A stretch of 20,000 nucleotides of DNA, from the IMG/VR virus record IMGVR_UViG_3300043803_002450; one strand, given 5' to 3'. The position numbers were made by a program, and so were the translations under genes. Numbering within the stretch: position 1 is the first letter of the stretch; the number at the start of each line of letters is the position of its first letter. The notes beneath the pieces were generated by a model. The model searched no databases and had not been told where the DNA came from. It was given only the letters and a program-made list of their open reading frames with translations. Source of the DNA: an uncultured virus (IMG/VR IMGVR_UViG_3300043803_002450). Its lineage: Duplodnaviria; Heunggongvirae; Uroviricota; Caudoviricetes. Shown here one piece after another: positions 1 to 7,080 of the stretch.

Positions 1-1
1 T

Positions 2-604
2 AAAGGCCACGCCCTGCTCGTCTCTGTCGGGACACAGAACAAGCTGACGCCCTTTGAACAAGCTCGAATAGTCACCATTGGTGCGGTACTGCTTGGAACC
101 ACCAAGAAAGGTGACGCAGGGCAGTTCGATTGCCCACATGGATTCGCAAGTGAGCTCGCCTTCGACGATAAAAATAGGCAGGCCGGTGGCTTCGCTTTTG
201 GCAATGGCTTCGTGATATTTATAGGGCAGAATCTTTGTCTTTACTTCCTGAAGCTGGGCTTTATGGCCGCTCGAGGATTTTTCAATCGTGGGAAAATCTT
301 GCCAAATCCTTTTGCTACCGCTTGTGTCGTCACGATGAACGACGACAATTTCGGAGCCTCCTCTGTCCTGGTATGAAAAGTCGTAACGGCCAGGACTGCG
401 TGGTGGCTTCTCCCATCGTGTCAGCGGCGCAAGAGCATCTCGGATGTCGGCGCGGTGGGCAGGAGAGGGGTCGTGCCAGCAGTTGTAGCCTCCAGTATTC
501 TTGTTGACCGTAAAATCGTTGCCACCACACGCCGGGCAAAGAAATTTCCCCTTTTCGTTGCTGGGTTCGAGCTGGTCAAGGTGGTCAAGGATGGAGAACG
601 CCAT
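2..604 (-). CDS. DNA primase (Zn finger plus TOPRIM), runs off the left edge
   Basis: Manual translation from ATG at 604: MAFSILDHLDQLEPSNEKGKFLCPACGGNDFTVNKNTGGYNCWHD...LPIFIVEGELTCESMW...LVLCPDRDEQG. It has a CxxC zinc-finger start, the TOPRIM 'IVEGE' motif and a DxD motif. Missing from the ORF track because its stop lies outside the window. Confidence 0.88.
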   Translation of the reverse strand, partial: MAFSILDHLDQLEPSNEKGKFLCPACGGNDFTVNKNTGGYNCWHDPSPAHRADIRDALAPLTRWEKPPRSPGRYDFSYQDRGGSEIVVVHRDDTSGSKRIWQDFPTIEKSSSGHKAQLQEVKTKILPYKYHEAIAKSEATGLPIFIVEGELTCESMWAIELPCVTFLGGSKQYRTNGDYSSLFKGRQLVLCPDRDEQGVAF

Positions 605-715
605 TCAGCGGGCATGGGAAGCGCTCCCTATCATGGCAGCCCCGAACGCTAGCTGCAAGCAGGCTTTTTAATGGTTTAACGAAGATGCCATAAGGAGCCC
701 TGATGGCACAAGGGC

Positions 716-743
716 TTGCAAGAGGGCATTGTGGGCCTAAACT
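716..743 (+). promoter_or_regulatory. putative sigma70-type promoter for the rightward operon
   Basis: TTGCAA (716-721), 16 nt, TAAACT (738-743), then a GGAGG RBS before ATG 765, in the divergent intergenic region. Confidence 0.45.
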
Positions 744-764
744 CAGGAAGCCAGTTTGGAGGCC

Positions 765-1010
765 ATGCCCAAAAGCCCTTACGAAGGCGGCAAGAAACGC
801 CGCCACTTTACCCTGTCAGATCGAGCCTACAACCATCTTGGTGGCTTGGCTGATGGGGCCAAGCTCTCGCGCTCTGAAGCGCTTGAGCGTCTCATTCGCT
901 GTCAGGCGCTGTTAGAAGGCGAATACACGCTTTCCGACGATGCCTGGCCTGAAGTCACCGACTTCTCTGCCTCTGATTTTTCTTCTCCTGAAAACGAACC
1001 ATGCAACTGA
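765..1010 (+). CDS. ribbon-helix-helix (CopG/Arc-like) DNA-binding protein
   Basis: KKRRHFTLSDRAYNHLGGLADGAKLSRSEALERLIR fits the RHH strand-helix-helix pattern, including 'SRSE'. GGAGG RBS before ATG 765. Confidence 0.75.
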   Translation: MPKSPYEGGKKRRHFTLSDRAYNHLGGLADGAKLSRSEALERLIRCQALLEGEYTLSDDAWPEVTDFSASDFSSPENEPCN

Positions 1011-1267
1011 AAGCTCTAATTGACACTCTGAATAAAGCTCGCATTGAAGCGGGAGATGAAGCAGAAGTGTTTCTTTGTTTCGAAGAAACTGCCCTAGAGG
1101 AAGGGTACGACGAAAATTGCACAGAAGCAATTAGCGACGTGCGCCTTTTAGAAGACTGGCCGCTTCCCGGCAAAAGTCTGTGCTTTTCCGAAGGAGAGAA
1201 AGCCCAGAAGGTGGTCATCTTTTATGACAACCATTACAAGCTTGACTCTGCAAAAGGGGTGGCATGA
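1001..1267 (+). CDS. hypothetical phage protein (acidic)
   Basis: 88 aa ORF overlapping both neighbours in a tight operon (ATGA overlap at 1264-1267). Confidence 0.7.
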   Translation: MQLKALIDTLNKARIEAGDEAEVFLCFEETALEEGYDENCTEAISDVRLLEDWPLPGKSLCFSEGEKAQKVVIFYDNHYKLDSAKGVA

Positions 1268-1446
1268 ATCTTCAAGAATTCACGGCAAGGCTTGATGAGC
1301 TTGATGATCACATTGCTGCCGTGCTGCAAATGTTCGAAGATGACACTGGCGTAAAGGTCGGGAGTCTCTTGGTCACGATCAATCAAGATGGTGATTACGA
1401 AATGACCACCGGCCTCGACTTTCCCGCATCAAAAGATGCAGAATGA
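1264..1446 (+). CDS. hypothetical phage protein
   Basis: 60 aa, ATGA overlaps at both ends, GGGGT RBS-like sequence upstream. Confidence 0.7.
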   Translation: MNLQEFTARLDELDDHIAAVLQMFEDDTGVKVGSLLVTINQDGDYEMTTGLDFPASKDAE

Positions 1447-2420
1447 AAAACTCTCTTCTCTTTTACGACCCCAGCCATTTCCAAGACATGACTCTTCCCG
1501 TCACTGCCGTCAATGAAGCCATGCTAACTGAACGAATGCTCGGCCACTTCTCCCCTCTTGAGATTTCCTCAGAAGCCTTCACCAAGGCTTACGAGCTGCC
1601 TATTGGCGATCACGTGGAGAAGAACTATAAAGGCCTCTCCTATCTGTCATGGCCCTTTGCCTTCCGCTACTTGAAGGAGCAATTTCCTGCTGTTTATGTG
1701 GCCTTTGAAGAAAAGGAAGCTGGCTGGCCGGTGTTCGGTCAAGAGGGCTGCTGGCTGCTTCGCCCCTATCTCACCGATGGCATCAAGCGCACTCCTGCGC
1801 TGGTGTTTCCCATCATGGACAACAAGCACAGCGCCGTAAAAGCTCTTGATGCTCGTCAAGTGAGCGACAACATCCAGCGGGCTTCCGTGAAATGCATCGC
1901 CACCTTCACTGGTCTTGGTCTCAAGCTCTACTCAGGCGAAGACATTCCTAAAGCAGACGATGAAAAAGAGCAATCTCCCCGGCTCCCGCTTCAACAGGAA
2001 ACTGCGAAGCCGTCTGCGCGGCGAAGCACGAAACAAGAGACGCCTGTGCCTGCTGATGATGCAATTGGAGGAGCTGAAACTGCTCCCTCCGGTGGAGGAG
2101 CCGAGTTCGATGGCAAAGCAGCGCTTCTTAGCTTTGGCGAAGCCAATCCCCTCGGCTACCCAGACCGCGCCACAAGCATGAAAGCTGTCAAGGCTGGGCT
2201 TGAAGCTCTTGGGCTTACCAAGGGAGAAGATGTGAAAGACAGGGAAATGTTTGCCAATGTGGTGACAACCATGGTCACATCATGGACCAAGGCCCAGGGT
2301 ATCAAGATCACCAAGACTGACATGACCAAGGAGATTGATTGCCTGCGAGCTATTTGCTCGGAAGGGTCAGTTGACAATGCCATTAAGGGGGTGTCTGTGT
2401 TCGTGGAAGGAAAAAAGTAG
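1443..2420 (+). CDS. sak: Sak/DUF1071-family (Rad52-like) single-strand annealing protein
   Basis: VEKNYKGLSYLSWPFAF...PIMDNKHSAV...DNIQRASVKCIATFTGLGLKLYSGEDIP matches the DUF1071 signature (LsYLSW...PvMD...R...K.ia..GLGl.iY.GEDlP). A low-complexity linker and a C-terminal domain follow, and exonuclease and SSB-like genes lie downstream. Confidence 0.85.
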   Translation: MKNSLLFYDPSHFQDMTLPVTAVNEAMLTERMLGHFSPLEISSEAFTKAYELPIGDHVEKNYKGLSYLSWPFAFRYLKEQFPAVYVAFEEKEAGWPVFGQEGCWLLRPYLTDGIKRTPALVFPIMDNKHSAVKALDARQVSDNIQRASVKCIATFTGLGLKLYSGEDIPKADDEKEQSPRLPLQQETAKPSARRSTKQETPVPADDAIGGAETAPSGGGAEFDGKAALLSFGEANPLGYPDRATSMKAVKAGLEALGLTKGEDVKDREMFANVVTTMVTSWTKAQGIKITKTDMTKEIDCLRAICSEGSVDNAIKGVSVFVEGKK

Positions 2421-2470
2421 ATAGGGCAGCAGCCGCGCTTGCGAGAAGTTTTGCAGGCGCGGTTATTGCC
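2411..2470 (+). other. putative -1 programmed ribosomal frameshift signal (slippery heptamer plus stimulatory hairpin)
   Basis: The last sak codons are GGA AAA AAG TAG, giving in-frame A_AAA_AAG at 2411-2417. A 7-nt spacer is followed by a stem 2425-2445/2450-2470 with 20 of 21 positions paired (5 G-U). The -1 frame is open for 40 codons to TGA 2537-2539. Confidence 0.72.
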
Positions 2471-2504
2471 GACAAGCTCAATACCCCTCTCGCGGAAGAC
2501 TTCA

Positions 2505-2741
2505 GTGATCTCTTTAGTCAGCCTCAAGCATTGCCCTGAATGTGGCTCTTTGTGGCACGACAAGCCAATTCCAGAGAAGAGCCGTTGGCTATTTGGAAAT
2601 AGCGAATGGTTCTCGAGAGTGATTGCCATCAGCTCTTGGCGGCAGGATCGTTGTATTGCCTATCAGTGCCCTGACTGTCACACTTGTTGGGACAGGGACA
2701 CTGGCGCCATCATTGACTCTTACGATTTGACCGTGCGATAG
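2505..2741 (+). CDS. small zinc-ribbon protein
   Basis: Two CxxC pairs (HCPECG...YQCPDCH). The start is uncertain: GTG 2505 preceded by GGAAG, or TTG 2439 as in the ORF track. Confidence 0.65.
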   Translation: MISLVSLKHCPECGSLWHDKPIPEKSRWLFGNSEWFSRVIAISSWRQDRCIAYQCPDCHTCWDRDTGAIIDSYDLTVR

Positions 2742-2773
2742 TGGCTTGTTACGACCTCGCCGTGTCTAAAGCT

Positions 2774-3538
2774 ATGCCCTCGTTCGAGCGCTTCGAGCCC
2801 AGGCGCATCAGTCTCAACGGGAAAAGACACTACATCTGCGAAAGCTTCCCGAATGTCCCAGAGGGCGTGCTCCTTCCTTCTGTCACTACCGTGCTGTCTT
2901 CCATGGCACCGGTGGCGAAGATCATGGCTCTCATGAACTGGCGGAAGCGAGTGGGAGATGACGAGGCCAATAGGCGCACAAGGCTTGCCGCCAATCGCGG
3001 CACCTGGCTCCATGGCGTCTTGGAGGATTGGTTCAATGGGGAAGACATCGAGCACCACCTGGAAAAAGCAAAGGAATGGGCCGTCTACTTCCAGACCATA
3101 GATCCATTCTTGGAGCACATCGCGGAGCCGGTCTTAGTTGAAAGCGCAGTGGCTTGGTTCGACCTCGACAGGGAAATTGGCTATAGCGGCACGCTTGATA
3201 TGGTCGCAAAGATGGCTGATGGTCGTACTGCCTTGATCGATTGGAAGACAAGCTTCAAGGAAAAGCCAGATTACCAACTGGCCGACTACAAACGACAGCT
3301 CGGGGCCTATTCAATGGCAGCAGAACAAATGTACGACACCTCTATTGACGAGGCCTGGTGCGTCATTTCCTGCTTCGACCCAGAGGACCAGAAAAGCAAG
3401 AGCATTCTTCAGTTGGTCCACCTTGATGGTTTTGAGCTGGTCAGCCAGCAGCGCATCATGGCCGATACGGTAAAGAGATATTTCAATGCGTGGTACCCCG
3501 GCGGCAAGGCATTTGCGCTCACGATGGACAGGGGGTGA
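2774..3538 (+). CDS. PD-(D/E)xK exonuclease (cyanophage/MGME1-like)
   Basis: Motifs LPSVTTVL, RGTWLH..LE, YSGTLD, LIDWKTS and QLGAY. ATG 2774 chosen; GTG 2741 is an alternative. Confidence 0.88.
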   Translation: MPSFERFEPRRISLNGKRHYICESFPNVPEGVLLPSVTTVLSSMAPVAKIMALMNWRKRVGDDEANRRTRLAANRGTWLHGVLEDWFNGEDIEHHLEKAKEWAVYFQTIDPFLEHIAEPVLVESAVAWFDLDREIGYSGTLDMVAKMADGRTALIDWKTSFKEKPDYQLADYKRQLGAYSMAAEQMYDTSIDEAWCVISCFDPEDQKSKSILQLVHLDGFELVSQQRIMADTVKRYFNAWYPGGKAFALTMDRG

Positions 3539-3563
3539 CAGGGGGCTTCGAAGGGGGTAAGAT
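3535..3563 (+). promoter_or_regulatory. putative sigma70 promoter for the SSB-like gene
   Basis: GTGACA (3535-3540), exactly 17 nt, TAAGAT (3558-3563). GGAG RBS before ATG 3611. Confidence 0.6.
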
Positions 3564-3610
3564 TGGCAGGCCCACAAAGGGCTGTACCATCACTCCCCTG
3601 GAGAAACACC

Positions 3611-3862
3611 ATGGCTGGAAAGCCTCCTATCACCGCTGCAATCGACCTCACCCCTGACGTGCTCAACGCACTGAAGGCTGCTGGCCCCAATGATCGCGGC
3701 AACTACTCTCTCGACCTTGCCGTATGGGAGAACACCCGTCGCACTTCTGACCGCGCTCCCGGCTATACGGGCAGCGTCAAGGTGAAGGGCGCAGATCGCG
3801 ACGCTCCCAAAGGCTACGCTTCTGTGTGGACCAATATGGGCGGTTCTGACGACCTGTTCTGA
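3611..3862 (+). CDS. small ssDNA-binding-like protein (DUF736/OB-like)
   Basis: LAVWENTRRTSDRAPGYTGSVKV motif and an acidic-aromatic C-terminus (GSDDLF) typical of SSBs. It follows the annealase and exonuclease and has a good RBS. Confidence 0.65.
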   Translation: MAGKPPITAAIDLTPDVLNALKAAGPNDRGNYSLDLAVWENTRRTSDRAPGYTGSVKVKGADRDAPKGYASVWTNMGGSDDLF

Positions 3863-3866
3863 AAAC

Positions 3867-3890
3867 AAGGGGCTTCGGCCCCTTTCTTTT
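3867..3890 (+). terminator. intrinsic terminator
   Basis: AAGGGGC-TTCG-GCCCCTT (cUUCGg tetraloop) followed by TCTTTT, just after the stop at 3862. Confidence 0.85.
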
Positions 3891-3891
3891 T

Positions 3892-3969
3892 ATGGAATAC
3901 CTGCTCACCTTCATTGTTTGCTTTGCTCTTGGCTACTTTTTCGTCGGTCTTTTGATTGACCGCAATTGA
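3892..3969 (+). CDS. 25-aa single-helix membrane peptide
   Basis: MEYLLTFIVCFALGYFFVGLLIDRN; it fills the gap between the terminator and dcd. Confidence 0.45.
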   Translation: MEYLLTFIVCFALGYFFVGLLIDRN

Positions 3970-3988
3970 TCCTTTTCATTAGACAACC

Positions 3989-4582
3989 ATGCTTCTCACT
4001 GACAAAGAAATCAGCAAGCTTGCTGAGCTTGATATTTTTACGCCTTATGTTGGCGAAAAAAGCCGCAGCTTGGACGATGGCACGAAGGCCATCTCTTACG
4101 GTCTTTCACAGGCTGGCTATGACATCAGGCTCTCTCCTGATCAGTTCTTAGTGTTCGATGGGAAAAGTTGCAAGGGCAGAAGCAAGCCCTTCCTTGACCC
4201 CAAGCTTTCAGACGCAACCATTCCTTACGATGCTCCGCTCGTGCATGGCATCAATGGGTCGTGCTTCATTCTGCCCGCTCATAGCTTTGCTCTTGGCGTG
4301 AGCCTGGAGCTCATCTCTATGCCACCAAGCATCATGGGCTTGTGCGATGGGAAAAGCACGTATGCACGCTGCGGCATCATCATCAATGTCACTCCTATTG
4401 AACCTGGCTGGGCTGGTCATTTGACCATGCACATTGCCAATCCCACAGCATTTCCAGCCCGCATTTATGCCAATGAAGGCATTGTGCAAATTATGCTCGT
4501 GCAGCTTTCTAGTAATGTGGCACAGTCCTATTCAGGGCACTACCAGAATCAAGGCGCTAAGGTGCAGCTAGCTGCTGTCTAG
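3989..4582 (+). CDS. dcd: dCTP deaminase
   Basis: ISYGLSQAGYDIRL, GKSTYARCGIIINVTPIEPGWAG, IYANEGIVQ and YQNQ are diagnostic Dcd motifs. Confidence 0.95.
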   Translation: MLLTDKEISKLAELDIFTPYVGEKSRSLDDGTKAISYGLSQAGYDIRLSPDQFLVFDGKSCKGRSKPFLDPKLSDATIPYDAPLVHGINGSCFILPAHSFALGVSLELISMPPSIMGLCDGKSTYARCGIIINVTPIEPGWAGHLTMHIANPTAFPARIYANEGIVQIMLVQLSSNVAQSYSGHYQNQGAKVQLAAV

Positions 4583-4584
4583 TC

Positions 4585-4962
4585 TTGAGCGCTCTTGAGG
4601 ATCAGTTTCTTGGGCTTTGGCAAGCTCGTTATCCGCAGCTCTATTTAGAGCGTGAATACAGCGACATCGAGGCCTGGGAAAAGGATTATCAAGAGCGCTA
4701 TTCTCGCAGTAAACGCTCAAAAAGGTATCGTCTTGACTTTGCTCACCCCGACTCTCGTACTGGCATCGAAATACAGGGTGGTGTTTACAATCGTGGCCGC
4801 CACGTCACTGGCTCTGGGTATGAGCGAGATTGCAAAAAATATAATCTCGCCTATACGAGTGGTTGGACGATCTTTTTGCTCACGAATGCCATGGCCAAAG
4901 ACTCCACCTGGCTCTCGTTGATTGCTTCGCATATTTCCGAGTCATCCTCTCCATCTCTCTAG
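4585..4962 (+). CDS. DUF559/Vsr-like (restriction endonuclease fold) phage nuclease
   Basis: YRLDFAHP...GIEIQGGVY..GRH..GSGYERDCKKYN.A...GW pattern; TTG start. Confidence 0.8.
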   Translation: MSALEDQFLGLWQARYPQLYLEREYSDIEAWEKDYQERYSRSKRSKRYRLDFAHPDSRTGIEIQGGVYNRGRHVTGSGYERDCKKYNLAYTSGWTIFLLTNAMAKDSTWLSLIASHISESSSPSL

Positions 4963-5260
4963 CGGCTTCCATTATCAGCTCATCAGCGGCTTCAAGGTCC
5001 AAGTCTTTCTTTGCTAACGCTTGTCGAAGCTGGATGTTCTCCAGCATCAGACCTTGTATGGCCGTGTGCATTGAAGACCATCCTTCCAGCAGGTTCCTGG
5101 CTACTGGCTTGAGCTGATCAAGACTGCCACATTCATCGATTGCCTTCTTGTTGACCGTCAAGGCAAATTCCCTTTCAGGTGAATGCTCGAACGGTCCCAT
5201 AGCGGCTTGGTATTTTCGGCCATTGTAGTCGACCACATCCACGGGGATTACAAATTTCAT
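4880..5260 (-). CDS. coiled-coil protein with a possible NblA-like domain
   Basis: ATG 5260 (MKFVIP...), 126 aa. PFEHSPEREFAL...SLDQLKPVARNLLE resembles NblA and is followed by a heptad-rich tail. The ORF is likely real; the function is tentative. Confidence 0.55.
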   Translation of the reverse strand: MKFVIPVDVVDYNGRKYQAAMGPFEHSPEREFALTVNKKAIDECGSLDQLKPVARNLLEGWSSMHTAIQGLMLENIQLRQALAKKDLDLEAADELIMEAAREMERMTRKYAKQSTRARWSLWPWHS

Positions 5261-5405
5261 TGTTGCTTTACTGTCCTGAATACAGGCTAAAGCCAATGAG
5301 TGAAGGCAAGGAGGAGAAAGCCGAAAAGAAAATGGCGGTTGCCACGAAACTATTGCCGCGCAGCTCGGCAAGCCGTACAATTGGTCAGCCTTTATTGCTG
5401 CCTCA

Positions 5406-6113
5406 ATGCCGCCTGCTGCCGATCCGTTGAACGATGGCAAGAGCTGTTTGGTGCTTGTCGATTCAATGGGGAACAGTCTTTCCGTTGTGAACGATGCGCG
5501 TCAAAGCTTCGCTGCTAAGTCAGAAGAGTGGACCGAAAAAGACGGAAAGCTGTTGCGTTATCTGGCCCGCGAGCACCATACAAGCCCGTTCAGGGGCGTT
5601 GTCTTTAAGTGGTTCGTGAAAGCGCCGCTGTTTGTTGCCAGGCAATGGTGGAAACATACGGTCGCCTCGACTTACGTGGATGATCAGCTCGGTTGGAACG
5701 AGAAAAGCTTTCGCTATTGCTCGGCCGAAGATGCGGAGTTCTACATGCCAGCCGTCTTTATGCGGCAGAGCGAAAGCAACAGGCAGGCCTCAGACGGCCC
5801 TCTGACGAGCTCCGCTCAAGATCGGGCATCAATCTTCTATCGGGAAGCCATCGGCACCTCCAAGGCCGCTTACGAGGAGCTGGTGGCAATGGGAGTGAGC
5901 AAGGAGCAAGCGCGAGCAGTGCTGCCACCTGCGATGTACACTTCGTTTGTCTGGACTTGTTCGCTCCAGGCTCTGTTTCATTTCATCAGCCTCCGCAAAG
6001 GAGCTGGTGCCCAAGGAGAGATTATTGCTTATGCCGATGCCCTTCTCGAGCTAGGGAGCTCAGTGGCTCCTGAGGCTTTCGAGGCCTTTACTTCAAACAA
6101 CTACCAATTTTGA
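5406..6113 (+). CDS. thyX: FAD-dependent thymidylate synthase
   Basis: VVNDARQSF, HTSPF, APLFVARQWWKH, WNEKSFRY, EQARAVLP and AQGEI are ThyX motifs. Confidence 0.93.
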   Translation: MPPAADPLNDGKSCLVLVDSMGNSLSVVNDARQSFAAKSEEWTEKDGKLLRYLAREHHTSPFRGVVFKWFVKAPLFVARQWWKHTVASTYVDDQLGWNEKSFRYCSAEDAEFYMPAVFMRQSESNRQASDGPLTSSAQDRASIFYREAIGTSKAAYEELVAMGVSKEQARAVLPPAMYTSFVWTCSLQALFHFISLRKGAGAQGEIIAYADALLELGSSVAPEAFEAFTSNNYQF

Positions 6114-6115
6114 TC

Positions 6116-6493
6116 ATGAACGATTCCGTGAACAGCCCCGCTCATTACTCGTTTGGAGGCATTGAATGCATCGAAGCGCTTGAAGCCTGCTCGTCTAACG
6201 AGGGTTTTTGTGCTCATTTGAAACTTACGGCGATTGCTTATCTCTGGCGGTACGAAAAAAAAGGCGGCGTCGAAGATTTGAAAAAGGCACAGTGGTACTT
6301 AAAACGCCTAATTGCAATTAAAGAGCAAGAAGAAGCTAAAGCTCAGAGGATTAAAAAAGAGAGCTCAAAAGTGATGGAATATATAGCTAATCATGATCCT
6401 GATGACTATTTGATCAGCGGCTGCCCTGACGGCTTTTGCCCCATGCCTGAATTCAGGCAAGGCCCTCGAGAAATTTTCTCTCCGATCAACTAG
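6116..6493 (+). CDS. DUF3310 (SaV/T7 gp1.7-like) protein with a Cys-containing tail
   Basis: DSVNSPAHY..GGIECIEA...YLWRYEKKGGVEDLKKAQWYL matches DUF3310. Confidence 0.85.
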   Translation: MNDSVNSPAHYSFGGIECIEALEACSSNEGFCAHLKLTAIAYLWRYEKKGGVEDLKKAQWYLKRLIAIKEQEEAKAQRIKKESSKVMEYIANHDPDDYLISGCPDGFCPMPEFRQGPREIFSPIN

Positions 6494-6968
6494 CTAAGCA
6501 TAAAGAAAGCGGCCAAATACGAGCCGCTTTTTCTTTCGCTTCATGAATGGGCACGATGCGCTGCGTTTCCTGCATCCACTCTTCCCATGGGCCAATTGAA
6601 CTATGGGCACTAATGAAGCTATGAGCATATATCCAACTCATCAACGCTTCTTCGCGCTGTGCGCTCCAAAATAATTGAGGACGCCACCATTCAAACAAAG
6701 GCAAGTTGCTCTTGGAAGCGTTACAGCTTAAGCAACAAGGAGCACTGTTCCACTTTGAGAAGTGCGGACCGCCCTTGCTCTTGGGCACAATGTGATCAAT
6801 GGTCAGCTTCTCGTTCCATTTGCCGCAATAGGCACAGGCACAGTGGCCAAAAGTGCCCCGTAGCGGGTAGTCCTCAAAAATGCTTTTTCGAAAGCGACGC
6901 TTAGCTTCTCCAGGGCGCAAAACAGACAATGAAAACAGAAGTTCTTCGGCACCATTGTCTTTTCCCAT
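6486..6968 (-). CDS. HNH endonuclease
   Basis: CAYCG...LTIDHIVPKSKGG....N....CLSCNASKSN. Confidence 0.9.
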   Translation of the reverse strand: MGKDNGAEELLFSLSVLRPGEAKRRFRKSIFEDYPLRGTFGHCACAYCGKWNEKLTIDHIVPKSKGGPHFSKWNSAPCCLSCNASKSNLPLFEWWRPQLFWSAQREEALMSWIYAHSFISAHSSIGPWEEWMQETQRIVPIHEAKEKAARIWPLSLCLAS

Positions 6969-7080
6969 GGCAGCAATTCGCTGTCTTGCCTTTAGCTTAA
7001 GGCAGCAAAAAGACCATCGCGAAGGCTATAAAGCATCGCCACGGAAGCCCTAGAATGAGCATGACGGTTGCATTGAAGCT

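Noticed and set aside
235..652. Short ORFs listed in the track over this region
   Set aside because: They are alternative frames of the primase gene, which the track missed because it runs off the window.
2425..2470. Hairpin read as an intrinsic terminator
   Set aside because: No U tract follows, it lies mid-operon, and its distance from the slippery heptamer fits a frameshift stimulator better. An RNase III site is not excluded.
2774..3538. Cas4 or CRISPR association of the exonuclease
   Set aside because: No Fe-S cysteine cluster, and no CRISPR array or cas genes in the window.
3527..3557. Three G5 runs / GACAGGGGG repeat as a G-quadruplex or repeat array
   Set aside because: Only three runs, and the sequence is explained by a gene end plus a promoter spacer.
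2418..4582. Genome-wide TAG reassignment (alternative genetic code)
   Set aside because: dcd and several other genes end at TAG at the expected length, and long genes have no internal TAG.
6254..6265. A run (GAA AAA AAA GGC) as another slippery site
   Set aside because: It encodes the EKKGG part of the DUF3310 core, and I see no downstream stem.
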